Shown here: piece after piece, positions 55,261-64,000 of the stretch | Numbering within the stretch: the first letter of the stretch is position 1 | Layout: each line of letters opens with the position of its first letter | NCBI GenBank assembly: GCA_019057375.1 | Contig: DXJF01000097.1 | Span: 22,313 to 86,312 of the forward strand | DNA from: Candidatus Heimdallarchaeota archaeon | GTDB lineage: Archaea; Asgardarchaeota; Heimdallarchaeia; Heimdallarchaeales; Heimdallarchaeaceae | Direction: 5' to 3' | Length of the DNA stretch: 64,000 bases | Notes under the pieces: generated by a model | Told to the model about the DNA's origin: nothing | The model's input: the letters and a program-made list of their open reading frames with translations, nothing else | Database searches by the model: none | Program-made: the position numbers and the translations under genes

Positions 55261-55884
55261 TTGAATAGCATGAAAGTTTTTATTCTGGTTGGTTTGCAAC
55301 TGAGCGGAAAGTCATCTCATGGTCACAATTTGAGAGAAGAAGAAAATATTCCCATGATAGAAACAGGTCATGCAGTTTACCATGAGTTGAAAAAGCAGAA
55401 CCTCGAGGTAAACCACAAGAATACATCAAAAGTTATTATAGAACTTCTTTCAAGAGATCCAACAGCTTTTACTCAAACCATTCTAGAATTCGAGAAAGAG
55501 AAATATGAAGACTCTTCTGTCTTGATTCTTAATGGAGTTAAATCTTCTGCAGAAATTAATTATACAAAAGACAAGTTTGGGAAGAATAATGTCTATGTTT
55601 TAGGTTTTCATGCAGGACAACTAACCAGGTTCAATAGAGTAACAAACACCGATCGTTTTGCAGTGTCTGGAAGGTATCTTGAAAAAACTCAAGAAGATCA
55701 AGATTTAGCAATATGGGAAAATTTCAAAAGCAGGGATGTGCGAGAAATCGGTCTAGGTATAGGTAACGCAATAGCCACAGCTAACCACATTATTGTCACT
55801 GAAGATAAAGATTGGCCATATTATGCCTTTGAAACCTCTTATAAGAATTTTAAAAAATATGTTTTAGCAAAATTAAGTGTTTAG
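55261..55884 (+). CDS. P-loop NMP-kinase-like protein (UPF0200-like)
   Basis: G.QLSGKS P-loop, RFNR, RD.RE...GIG..IA.A. Confidence 0.7.
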   Translation: MNSMKVFILVGLQLSGKSSHGHNLREEENIPMIETGHAVYHELKKQNLEVNHKNTSKVIIELLSRDPTAFTQTILEFEKEKYEDSSVLILNGVKSSAEINYTKDKFGKNNVYVLGFHAGQLTRFNRVTNTDRFAVSGRYLEKTQEDQDLAIWENFKSRDVREIGLGIGNAIATANHIIVTEDKDWPYYAFETSYKNFKKYVLAKLSV

Positions 55885-55903
55885 ATACTTAAATATTAAC
55901 TAA

Positions 55904-56914
55904 TTATTTTGCTTTTGAACTTGGGTAAGTTCCTATTGGCATAAGAACTTTCTTTACACTTGCTAAAATACCATGATTCGAACCCATTATGTTATCAGAT
56001 GTAAGCTGCATCTCTCCTAAAGCGATTAATTCATGTTTAAGTGTAAAAATACCTACTAAATCACCTTTACCAAACTTGTTAGTATATTTGGACAATCCAG
56101 GCATTGCAAGGGGCGCACCATGACAAAGGGAATCTACCGTACTGTCTTTCACAAAGAGTTTTGGTATATGCTTGACTCCATATTCCATAGGAAGTATGAT
56201 ATTTCGAAGTGGCACTTCATCCTTCTCTTCAAGATACCAACTGTACGCATCATAGAGGTCTTGAAGTGTTGATAAGTGATCATCTTCAGTAAAGGGACCA
56301 GATCTAATTCTACGTAATTCTTTCATGTGAGCACCACAAGAGAGACTTTGACCGATATCGTGGCAATACTTTCTAATGTAAGTTCCCGCTTGACAACTTG
56401 CTCTAAACAATACTTCCCTTTCTTTTATTTGAATTATCTCATTTTCGTAAATTTTTCTAATTCTCAAAACTCTTTTTACACTAGATCTTAAAGGAGGGCG
56501 TTGGTAAAGTTCCCCTAAATATTCCTTCATTATGTCCTTTATTCTTTCTTCTTCAACATCTTTATGCAATTTCATATTACACACATATTCTTTACCTGCA
56601 AGTAATAAAGTATCTAGAATTCTTGTAGCTTTGTTAAGTGCAACTGGCAAAACACCTGTAACGTGGGGATCTAAAGTACCTGAATGACCTGCACGGGGTA
56701 TATCAAGTATTTTCTTAACATAACTAACAACCTCGTGACTTGTTGGTTTAGGTGGTTTATCTAAATTTATTATACCGTATTGTAATAGTTCTTCAATAGA
56801 TCGATCTGTTGGGACTTTACCCCATCTGAAGTTAGTTGTATCACTTGACAATTCTACTATCCTGTCATTTTCATTACCCAAAACAATCTTTGAAGGAGTA
56901 AAAACAATTGTCAT
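55904..56914 (-). CDS. cbf5: H/ACA pseudouridine synthase Cbf5
   Basis: NLDKP..PTSHEV, GHSGTLDP, QRPP.RS.V, GTYIR, PUA domain. Confidence 0.97.
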   Translation of the reverse strand: MTIVFTPSKIVLGNENDRIVELSSDTTNFRWGKVPTDRSIEELLQYGIINLDKPPKPTSHEVVSYVKKILDIPRAGHSGTLDPHVTGVLPVALNKATRILDTLLLAGKEYVCNMKLHKDVEEERIKDIMKEYLGELYQRPPLRSSVKRVLRIRKIYENEIIQIKEREVLFRASCQAGTYIRKYCHDIGQSLSCGAHMKELRRIRSGPFTEDDHLSTLQDLYDAYSWYLEEKDEVPLRNIILPMEYGVKHIPKLFVKDSTVDSLCHGAPLAMPGLSKYTNKFGKGDLVGIFTLKHELIALGEMQLTSDNIMGSNHGILASVKKVLMPIGTYPSSKAK

Positions 56915-56964
56915 ATTTCACCAACTATTGAAAAAAGGAAGATATTAAGTTTGAGGAAAAAAAC

Positions 56965-57240
56965 TTAATGAATTATAATTTCTTCCATAAATTTCTTCAT
57001 TTTTGCAGTTTCAATGGCTGCAGCGACTTCTTCATCTGTTGCATCTCTTTTGATAGCAACAACTTTATCTGTTGGTTCTAAATGTCTTATATTGCATTTG
57101 CGACGACGAACTGAAGTTACTATTTTTGGCCCAGTAAGGAGAACATAGTTTTCGTTTATAATGTCGACTATTACTCCTTTCTTTCCCGCTTCTCTTCCAT
57201 TTGTCTTAACAATAACTCTTCCTACTTGAATTGCTGTCAT
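56965..57240 (-). CDS. rpl14e: Ribosomal protein eL14
   Basis: GRV.VK..GREAGK..VIVD, RRRKCNI.HLEPT. Confidence 0.96.
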   Translation of the reverse strand: MTAIQVGRVIVKTNGREAGKKGVIVDIINENYVLLTGPKIVTSVRRRKCNIRHLEPTDKVVAIKRDATDEEVAAAIETAKMKKFMEEIIIH

Positions 57241-57782
57241 TCTTTTTCACCTTTTAATTTTTTATTAAACGCAGTCAAAATTATTTCAACACATTCAAAG
57301 GCGTTGAATTTCTGTGAATTAATTATCAGATCATAGATAGTTAAATCTGTGATATCGATTTTATACAGTTTTTGATATCTGTTTTTTTCAGATTCTTCTC
57401 TAACCTTTGTTTCTTTAATAATAATTTCAACTGTTTTGTTTTCTCTTTCAGATATTCTTTGAATTCTTAAATCAAACGGAGCTGTAATATAAATGAGTAT
57501 ATCTGCTTCATTTTTAAGCATCCATCCTCCTAATTGTGCGTCAATAACTATATTGTCTCTTGTTTGACCCAATTCTAATGTTTTATCATCAATATACTTG
57601 TCAATTTCTTCTTTTAGTTCAGCTTGTTTACTGAATTCTTCAAGACTCATATTTTCTTTTTTTGCCATATCTCTAAACAGTTCACCAGCTGATATGTACT
57701 CATATCCTAAACTCTCCGCAACTTTCCTAGCAGCAGTGCTTTTTCCGGAACCGTGCGGACCTGAAACTGCGATAATTGGCAA
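57237..57782 (-). CDS. cmk: Cytidylate kinase (archaeal type)
   Basis: SGPHGSGKST, AGELFR, RE..E..RY...Y.ID. Confidence 0.94.
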   Translation of the reverse strand: MPIIAVSGPHGSGKSTAARKVAESLGYEYISAGELFRDMAKKENMSLEEFSKQAELKEEIDKYIDDKTLELGQTRDNIVIDAQLGGWMLKNEADILIYITAPFDLRIQRISERENKTVEIIIKETKVREESEKNRYQKLYKIDITDLTIYDLIINSQKFNAFECVEIILTAFNKKLKGEKE

Positions 57783-57800
57783 TTTGCCACATCCTCAGAA

Positions 57801-58058
57801 TTAACTGCGAACTTCAGCCTTAATTGCACTCTTTAAGCAATTTGAGCATAAATGTCCTGCATGTTGTCTTGTTGGCAAACGTTCAGAACGAGACATTTTT
57901 CTTACTCTATTCTGACTACCAAAAGCTACTCCATGAACGATAGCTCCACAATTAGCGCAATGTGGCTTTTTTGTTCTTTTTTCTATTCTTCTTAACTTAG
58001 TTTCAGAGGGTGTTCTTCGCTTTCTTGTTTTTGCGACACGTAATGAAGGTTTAACCAT
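57801..58058 (-). CDS. rpl34e: Ribosomal protein eL34
   Basis: RRTP, CANCG..VHG, P.R..AG.LC..C. Confidence 0.93.
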   Translation of the reverse strand: MVKPSLRVAKTRKRRTPSETKLRRIEKRTKKPHCANCGAIVHGVAFGSQNRVRKMSRSERLPTRQHAGHLCSNCLKSAIKAEVRS

Positions 58059-58079
58059 TTTAATTCCTCATAATAATTT

Positions 58080-58790
58080 TCATTCTTTTTTGGTGGTAGT
58101 TTTCTTTCTAGCTAATTGTTCTTTGGCTGATGAAACTGGTGTTTTAACTTGTTTTTCCTTAACTATTGTTGATTTGGATTTAGCTGCTCCTGATGGAGTG
58201 ACTCCAAATATTCTGGAAATTATTGAACCAAAAGCAAAGGCAGTTATAAAATACCAAGTTGAAAAGGGAACTTTTGAGAAGAAGTGTCCATTGTACTCTT
58301 CAAGTCCAAACCAAGGGTTCTTTCCTATCCATGGAAAATTTCCAATATTGAAAGGTAACCAAGCATAATAATGTGTTACTGGATTTGCTTCAGTGGGAAC
58401 ACCACTTGGGAAGGCACCTCGTAAAATTGCAAATATTAGCAAGAAAGGAATAGTTGTAAAAAGCATTGGTTTCATTCGTTTAAACATCATAGAGGATTGC
58501 ATTTTCTTGATTCTTTCCTCATCCCTTTTTACATTTAACCATAATTTCTTATCTGCAGTTTGCATGGCTTTCTTTCTCCTTTGGTTCCATTCATTGACTT
58601 TTTGCATACTTTCCTTTAATGCATCAACGTCTGAAACTACTCTGGTTATTGTTGTTGATATAATAGCAAGTAGAACAGAAGTTAATGCGATTATCCACGC
58701 CGAAGTAGGCCTTTGGTTAAGTCCATGTTCTATCATCCAGTTTGTTAATCCTTTAAACCAATTATCCCAGAAAGCCATAATTAAAACCAC
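58080..58790 (-). CDS. EMC3/TMCO1 (DUF106) Oxa1-superfamily membrane insertase
   Basis: TM1, coiled coil, MKPM..T.IP, LPF, WYFIT.F; sits with rpl34e-cmk. Confidence 0.9.
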   Translation of the reverse strand: MVLIMAFWDNWFKGLTNWMIEHGLNQRPTSAWIIALTSVLLAIISTTITRVVSDVDALKESMQKVNEWNQRRKKAMQTADKKLWLNVKRDEERIKKMQSSMMFKRMKPMLFTTIPFLLIFAILRGAFPSGVPTEANPVTHYYAWLPFNIGNFPWIGKNPWFGLEEYNGHFFSKVPFSTWYFITAFAFGSIISRIFGVTPSGAAKSKSTIVKEKQVKTPVSSAKEQLARKKTTTKKE

Positions 58791-58878
58791 ATTCTGTACT
58801 ATACTTACACAAAAAATGATTTTCTTTTTAAAAGCTTTTGTAATTGGAGTATACTAAAAACATACAATTGTGTCAAAA

Positions 58879-59598
58879 TTAACCATTCTTTAATAGAAGA
58901 AAGAAATTATCTTTTCCACCTCTTCCTCCTAGTTTGGTAAAATCAATAACTGTGTAGTTTGTTGCTGAAACAATTTTCAGTAATTCTTTCTTACCGAATA
59001 GATGATAATACCTTTCAGCTATTAGCTCTTTTTTCTCATTATACCAAGGAAGATAAATGTCCCCATGACGCCACAGTCGATTTTTCCTTTTCTTAAAGAA
59101 ATAAAAAAGAAAATCAGAGATTATCTTTTTTCGGGTTTCTTTCTTCCATTTTTTCCAACAGGATAATATTAGAAAACCTTCTTGTTTCAGAATTTTAGAG
59201 ATATTTCTAAGTACAAGTAACACTTCATCTTCATTCCTAAAATGATGTATTGTGGCGATACACAATGATAGATCAACCGACCTTTCCTTCAAAGGAATGG
59301 AGTTTGCATTGTTATTAAGAGGATAGACTGTGTTATTTTCTAGAATAACTCTTGAGTTTAATAGCTCAAATGATATATCAGAAGCTATATGTTGCCATTT
59401 TTGAGATTCAAAAAGCAAGAGATTTCTTGCATTTCCACTTCCAACATCAAGTGATATTCCTCCTGTAGGAAGTGAAAATCGTTTTTTTATGGATTCTAAA
59501 TATCTCTGAAAATCTTTCCATGGTTTTTTCTTTAGACTACTGTACCTTGGGGAGATTTTTTTGTATGCTTCTATCAATCCAAAATCCAAATCTGACAA
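58879..59598 (-). CDS. Class I SAM methyltransferase (Trm9/ALKBH8-like)
   Basis: LDVGSGNARN, CIATIHH, D.Y.PW, RYYHLF. Confidence 0.8.
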   Translation of the reverse strand: MSDLDFGLIEAYKKISPRYSSLKKKPWKDFQRYLESIKKRFSLPTGGISLDVGSGNARNLLLFESQKWQHIASDISFELLNSRVILENNTVYPLNNNANSIPLKERSVDLSLCIATIHHFRNEDEVLLVLRNISKILKQEGFLILSCWKKWKKETRKKIISDFLFYFFKKRKNRLWRHGDIYLPWYNEKKELIAERYYHLFGKKELLKIVSATNYTVIDFTKLGGRGGKDNFFLLLKNG

Positions 59599-59724
59599 TG
59601 TATGAATAATAAGGTGCGGTACTTTATCAATTTTCTTTTTTCTTCACTTCATTCAACCAAATGAGAAATTTTATATATTTACTTATCTTTACTCAAAATG
59701 AGGGAATAGTTAATTCGTCTCAAG

Positions 59725-60684
59725 GTGAAAAAAATGGAAAAATTAAATGTAGCAGTAATAGGTACTGGTTCTTGGGGTAAGAATCACGCTCGTGTCTTTA
59801 CTGAAATGGACAATACAAACCTTGCTGGACTTTTTGATTTAGATCAAAATAGAGCAAATGAAATAGCTAAATTACATAATACTAAACTCTATTCTAGCAT
59901 TGATGAAATACTTAAGGATGATGATGTTCATGCTATAACAATTGCATCACCAACTTCAACACATGCTAAGATTGCAAAGCAAGCGATAGAAAGTGGCAAA
60001 CATGTCTTAATAGAAAAACCAATGACTAGTACTGTTGAAGAAGCGGAAAAGATAGTAGATTTGGAAAAAAGTTCCAATGTCATCGTTTCTGTAGGTTTCA
60101 TAGAGCGATTTAACCCCATAGTTTTCAGATCAAGAAAACTAGTTGAAAGAGACGAATTAGGGGAACTTGTTCTAATCAGTGCAAGAAGATTAGGTCCATA
60201 CTGGCCAGATAGATTGAAAGATGTAGATGTTATTCGAGATGTAAGTATTCATGATATAGATGTTTTTAGATATATTACTGACAAAGAACCTAAATCAGTT
60301 TACGCAAGAGGAGGAAAGCTAAGACATACTTATCTTGATTATGCTGAAATCTTGTTAGATTTTGGCAATGGAGTTACTGGTTTTATAGAATCAAACTATC
60401 TTACTCCTCATAAATTAAGAAAGTTAAATTTAACTTGCGAAAAGGGCGTTGTTGAAGCAGATTATATGTCTCAAGATTATTTAATTGAGGATGAGGAATG
60501 GGTACGTAATAAGAAGCTTGAATGGAAAGAACCTCTAAGTGCAGAGATGCACGCGTTTGCTGAATCTTGTTTAGGAAATGCTCCACCTGTTGTAACTTCA
60601 GCAGATGGATTAAAAGCTTTGAAAATAGCTACAGCTTCAATTAAAAGTATTGAAACACATCAAATAGTAGACTTAAATTTCTAA
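59725..60684 (+). CDS. Gfo/Idh/MocA oxidoreductase (UDP-sugar 3-dehydrogenase-like)
   Basis: IG.G.WG.NHAR, HVLIEKPM, VGFIERFNP, D..IHD.D. Confidence 0.88.
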   Translation: MKKMEKLNVAVIGTGSWGKNHARVFTEMDNTNLAGLFDLDQNRANEIAKLHNTKLYSSIDEILKDDDVHAITIASPTSTHAKIAKQAIESGKHVLIEKPMTSTVEEAEKIVDLEKSSNVIVSVGFIERFNPIVFRSRKLVERDELGELVLISARRLGPYWPDRLKDVDVIRDVSIHDIDVFRYITDKEPKSVYARGGKLRHTYLDYAEILLDFGNGVTGFIESNYLTPHKLRKLNLTCEKGVVEADYMSQDYLIEDEEWVRNKKLEWKEPLSAEMHAFAESCLGNAPPVVTSADGLKALKIATASIKSIETHQIVDLNF

Positions 60685-60726
60685 TATAGGTTTAAAAAAT
60701 AATAAAAAGGGAAGGAGATTTAGGTT

Positions 60727-62190
60727 TTATTTTAAGCCTAAGAATCCCGCTAATGCTGGAACAGTTTCACTTACTTGTTCGCTAGCAAATATCTCATAGT
60801 ATTGACGGAGAATACCCGTTGTTAGCAAAATACCTGTTCCCGTACCTAACGCACCTAGGAAATCCGCAAAGGCCGCTAGTACGCCTATGAAGAATCCTCC
60901 TAACCATGCGGCGGTTGGAATATATCTTTCTAGGTATTTTTCTACAATCCTTGGATTTCTTCTAAATCCTGGTATTTGCATATTTGCATCAAGTAATTGC
61001 TTCGCAACATTTTTTGAACTCATACCCGCCGTATCTATCCAGATCCGTGAGAATATACCACAAAGTGCAATCATCAGCACTAAGTAAATTATAGCATTTA
61101 CTGGATACTTCGCTATCTGCTCAGGACCATATGGAGCCGTTGTATACGACGCCAAACCCGTCACAGGTGCTAATTGCTGGCTTCCCGTACCGCCTGATAT
61201 GTCTTCCCACGTGCCAAAGAATCTTACCAGAAAATATTTTAGTCCTGATGCCGCACTTTTCCAATTATTCCACATCAGATTAGAAATGAAATAAATGTTT
61301 GCAAATAATGCACTAACTAGAATTACTGGGATGTTTGAAGTATAAAGGAATTTTATTGGGTAACGAGCTGGCATTTTATATTGACTGTGTTGTACCGGGA
61401 TTTCAATCTTTATGGAATCAACATAAATGACCACCGCAAATACAACGATCGTAGCTAATAATCCTATCAAATCTGGCGTTCTACCTACTCGGCTGAAAGG
61501 TGTAGACAAAGTAGCATTTGGATCATCACTGAATATCGCTTGGAAGAATGCTAGAATACATCCTCTAAACCAGTTAAATCCTCCAGAGGGTTCAGGACTA
61601 AGACTAAACATTCCATCAAAGATATTGAAAGAAACACTTGCTGCAATAAAAAGACTGATACCACTTCCAAGTCCATAGCCTTTCTGGATTATTTCATCCA
61701 TTAATAAAATAATAAGCCCAGCTACTATTAATTGAACCAAAATAAGCATTGAAGCTTCAAATCCGATATCTTCTCCGTAAGCTCCACCCAAGATATAGGC
61801 AAGAGCCTCAAAGATAGTCATCAATACAGCTAGAATCTTTTGTGTTCCGGTGTATAATGCTCTTTCTTCAGGATTCGAGAAATCAACTTTGATGATTTGT
61901 GAACCCACAAGTAGTTGCATAATCAAACCAGCTGTAACTATAGGACCTATTCCAAGTTCAGCTAGACTTCCTCTTTGGGAAGCTAGAATTGCCCTCATCG
62001 CAAAAAATGGATCGGTTCCTTCGTCAGAAGGTACTCCAACTAGAGGAATGTTTAACATCACTAAGTAAAGGGACAGTATTCCGAAAGTCCAGGCTATCTT
62101 CCTCTTAAAGGAAGGTTTCCTTGCAGGTTTTTTTACCTCCAAGGTAAAACGTTGAAATGGTTTGAATAGTAGTAGAAACTTTGACGCCAT
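60727..62190 (-). CDS. secY: Protein translocase subunit SecY/Sec61alpha
   Basis: ELGIGPIVTAG, GLGSGISLFI, YPIKFLYTSNIP, LGTGTGILL. Confidence 0.98.
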   Translation of the reverse strand: MASKFLLLFKPFQRFTLEVKKPARKPSFKRKIAWTFGILSLYLVMLNIPLVGVPSDEGTDPFFAMRAILASQRGSLAELGIGPIVTAGLIMQLLVGSQIIKVDFSNPEERALYTGTQKILAVLMTIFEALAYILGGAYGEDIGFEASMLILVQLIVAGLIILLMDEIIQKGYGLGSGISLFIAASVSFNIFDGMFSLSPEPSGGFNWFRGCILAFFQAIFSDDPNATLSTPFSRVGRTPDLIGLLATIVVFAVVIYVDSIKIEIPVQHSQYKMPARYPIKFLYTSNIPVILVSALFANIYFISNLMWNNWKSAASGLKYFLVRFFGTWEDISGGTGSQQLAPVTGLASYTTAPYGPEQIAKYPVNAIIYLVLMIALCGIFSRIWIDTAGMSSKNVAKQLLDANMQIPGFRRNPRIVEKYLERYIPTAAWLGGFFIGVLAAFADFLGALGTGTGILLTTGILRQYYEIFASEQVSETVPALAGFLGLK

Positions 62191-62459
62191 GAAACCACCG
62201 GTTTGATTTCTAACTCAAAGAAGATGTTTCATTTATGAGTTTTTTTATGTATGTGTATCGAAAAGAAGAGATAAAAAATAGGAATAGGGGGTCTCACACT
62301 TTGCATTTGTTAGTTTTAGCACAGATTAGGATTTATATTGACCAAAGTGATAATTTATTGGTTTCGGAATCTCATAAAAGCGTAATAAGATGAAAAAGAA
62401 ACATTTTAAAACAAAACAAGTGAAGAATGAACGTAAGATATTCTTTATTCATTTGAAAT

Positions 62460-62542
62460 GCCAGGATACTCAAGCGGTATGAGGCTAGATTGGAAATCTA
62501 GTGCCAGTAGGTTCCGGGGTTCAAATCCCCGTCCTGGCTCCA
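62460..62542 (+). tRNA. tRNA-Ser(GGA), no intron
   Basis: GCCAGGA/TCCTGGC acceptor, CTAGA-TTGGAAA-TCTAG anticodon arm, long variable arm, GTTCAAAT. Confidence 0.95.
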
Positions 62543-62757
62543 TATCTGCTCTTGATGTCTTTTCATCATTTTTGTCTTTAAAGCAAATACTTAAAAAAAT
62601 CATTTACGCCCTCAAGCTAAAGTCATTTGTGCAATTTAGAAAAATATTGGAAAGCACAAGGCGAAGCTCGAAGGATTAAATCCTGGTTCTGAACATTCAG
62701 AAATGAAGAGCACCACAACTTCGGGTTGTGGAATAAAAAAACACAAAGAGTGAAAAT

Positions 62758-63201
62758 ATGTCATTTCGCCATTTAGTTAGGATAAAGTCTACAGATCTTG
62801 AAGGACATCTTCCTGTTTCTATGGGTCTTTCAAGAATAACTGGAGTTAATAACCGATTAGCTCAAGCAATTGCAAAATCATTGAATATTCCTGCATCAGA
62901 ACGTATTGGTTTTCTTACCGATGTTAAAATAAAGGAAATAGAAACTGTCATAAGTGATCCCATCGCCGCTGGTATACCAGAATGGTTGGTTAATCGAAGG
63001 AAAGATCGTCAAACCGGTGGTAATATTCACATCACTGAAGCTCAACTTATTTTGCAAACCAAGCAAGATATTGAAAGATACATTCGTATACGAAGTCGTA
63101 GAGGAATCAGACACCAATTTAAGCTTAAAGTTAGAGGGCAAAAGACCCGAACCCATGGTAGCAAAGGTACCACTGTGGGTGTTTCAAAGAGGAGAAGGTA
63201 A
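62758..63201 (+). CDS. rps13: Ribosomal protein uS13
   Basis: FRHLVRI..TDL.G, P.W..NR.KD..TG, RG.RH...L.VRGQ.T. Confidence 0.97.
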   Translation: MSFRHLVRIKSTDLEGHLPVSMGLSRITGVNNRLAQAIAKSLNIPASERIGFLTDVKIKEIETVISDPIAAGIPEWLVNRRKDRQTGGNIHITEAQLILQTKQDIERYIRIRSRRGIRHQFKLKVRGQKTRTHGSKGTTVGVSKRRR

Positions 63202-63211
63202 GGTGAAATGA

Positions 63212-64000
63212 ATGGGTGGAATACGAAGATATAGAAAGAAAATTCTAACACCAGGTCATCCTTATGATAAAGATAGAATTGAACGAGAGTTACCATTAGT
63301 TGGTGAGTATGGATTACGAAACAAGAAAGAATTATGGAAAGCTAGAACTTTATTATCAAAAGCTCGACAACAAGCTCGTGCTCTTCTAGCCCTAACACCT
63401 GAAGTTAGAGAACAAAGAGCAACTGAATTATTATCCCGTTTAACTCGTTTCGGTATGCTTCCCCAAGGTGGAGATCTCGATTCTGTTCTAGCTTTGAATG
63501 TTAAAACAGTACTAAACCGCAGATTACAAACAGTTGTCTTTAGGAAAGGTTTAGCATCTTCTCCCTATCAAGCTAGACAATTTATTACACATAGACATAT
63601 CGCTCTAAATAGTGCGGTAGTTACAGCTCCTGGAATGCTAGTGAAGATCGATGAAGAAGAACATATTGCTTATGCACCAAGTTCTCCTTTAGTTAAACAA
63701 GATCATCCTTCAAGACCACAAGCACCACCAACTCAAGTTGAAGAACCCCTTGAAAAGAAAGAAAGTCCAAAGGGTAGAGGAAAGCCAAAACCTGAAGTCA
63801 AACCTAAAGCTGAAGTTAAACCTGAAGTCAAACCTAAAGCTGAAGTCAAACCTAAAGCTGAAGTCAAACCTAAAGCTGAAGTTAAAGCTGAAGTTAAACC
63901 TAAAGCTGAAGTTAAACCAAAAGCTGAAGTTAAACCAAAAGCTGAAGTTAAACCAAAAGCTGAAGTTAAACCAAAAGCTGAAGTTAAACCAAAAGCTGAA
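63212..64000 (+). CDS. rps4: Ribosomal protein uS4 with long KPKAEV-repeat tail; runs off the window (absent from ORF track)
   Basis: Manual translation MGGIRRYRKKILTPGHPYD...YGLRNKKELWKA...RRLQTVVFRKGLA...QARQFITHRHI; no stop before 64000. Confidence 0.95.
   Translation, partial: MGGIRRYRKKILTPGHPYDKDRIERELPLVGEYGLRNKKELWKARTLLSKARQQARALLALTPEVREQRATELLSRLTRFGMLPQGGDLDSVLALNVKTVLNRRLQTVVFRKGLASSPYQARQFITHRHIALNSAVVTAPGMLVKIDEEEHIAYAPSSPLVKQDHPSRPQAPPTQVEEPLEKKESPKGRGKPKPEVKPKAEVKPEVKPKAEVKPKAEVKPKAEVKAEVKPKAEVKPKAEVKPKAEVKPKAEVKPKAEVKPKAE
63782..64000 (+). repeat. In-frame 18-bp tandem repeat AAACC(T/A)AAAGCTGAAGT(T/C), about 13 units including two 12-bp units
   Basis: Directly visible; encodes KPKAEV. 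Confidence 0.97.

Noticed and set aside
62640-62735. Possible C/D-box sRNA (CTGA ... ATGAAGA)
   Set aside because: No credible terminal C and D boxes.
63782-64000. 18-bp repeat as a CRISPR array or non-coding satellite
   Set aside because: No spacers; it is in frame within rps4.

Overview
AT-rich archaeal chromosomal segment, most likely from an Asgard archaeon (Heimdallarchaeia-like; this is an inference from gene content and sequence style). Most of it is housekeeping: scattered A/V-type ATP synthase genes (A, H, F, D), RNA modification and translation genes, SRP54, aspS, valS, Hef, a rearranged S10-spc ribosomal protein cluster, secY, and the start of the rps13-rps4 operon. It holds three intact tRNA genes: Leu-TAA and Ile-GAT (both with introns) and Ser-GGA. 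The main accessory region is 27.2-32.0 kb. There, an intact intron-containing tRNA-Leu(TAA) is followed by two divergent 3' copies of itself. One copy bounds an integrase-less island (YaaC-like and CPBP protease genes). The other is split by a 2.04-kb element with GGAA at both junctions, encoding an unusually large (~641 aa) TnpB/Cas12-like protein with His at the RuvC-III Asp position and a structured omega-RNA-like 3' end. Other notable items are a membrane-anchored basic/polyproline protein with a WH2-like C-terminus, a DPM2-like two-helix membrane protein, a tandem bactofilin-like pair, a pair of tiny paralogues with duplicated upstream motifs, and long low-complexity tails on uS3, uS4, uL24 and eL32. 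No CRISPR array or rRNA was seen.
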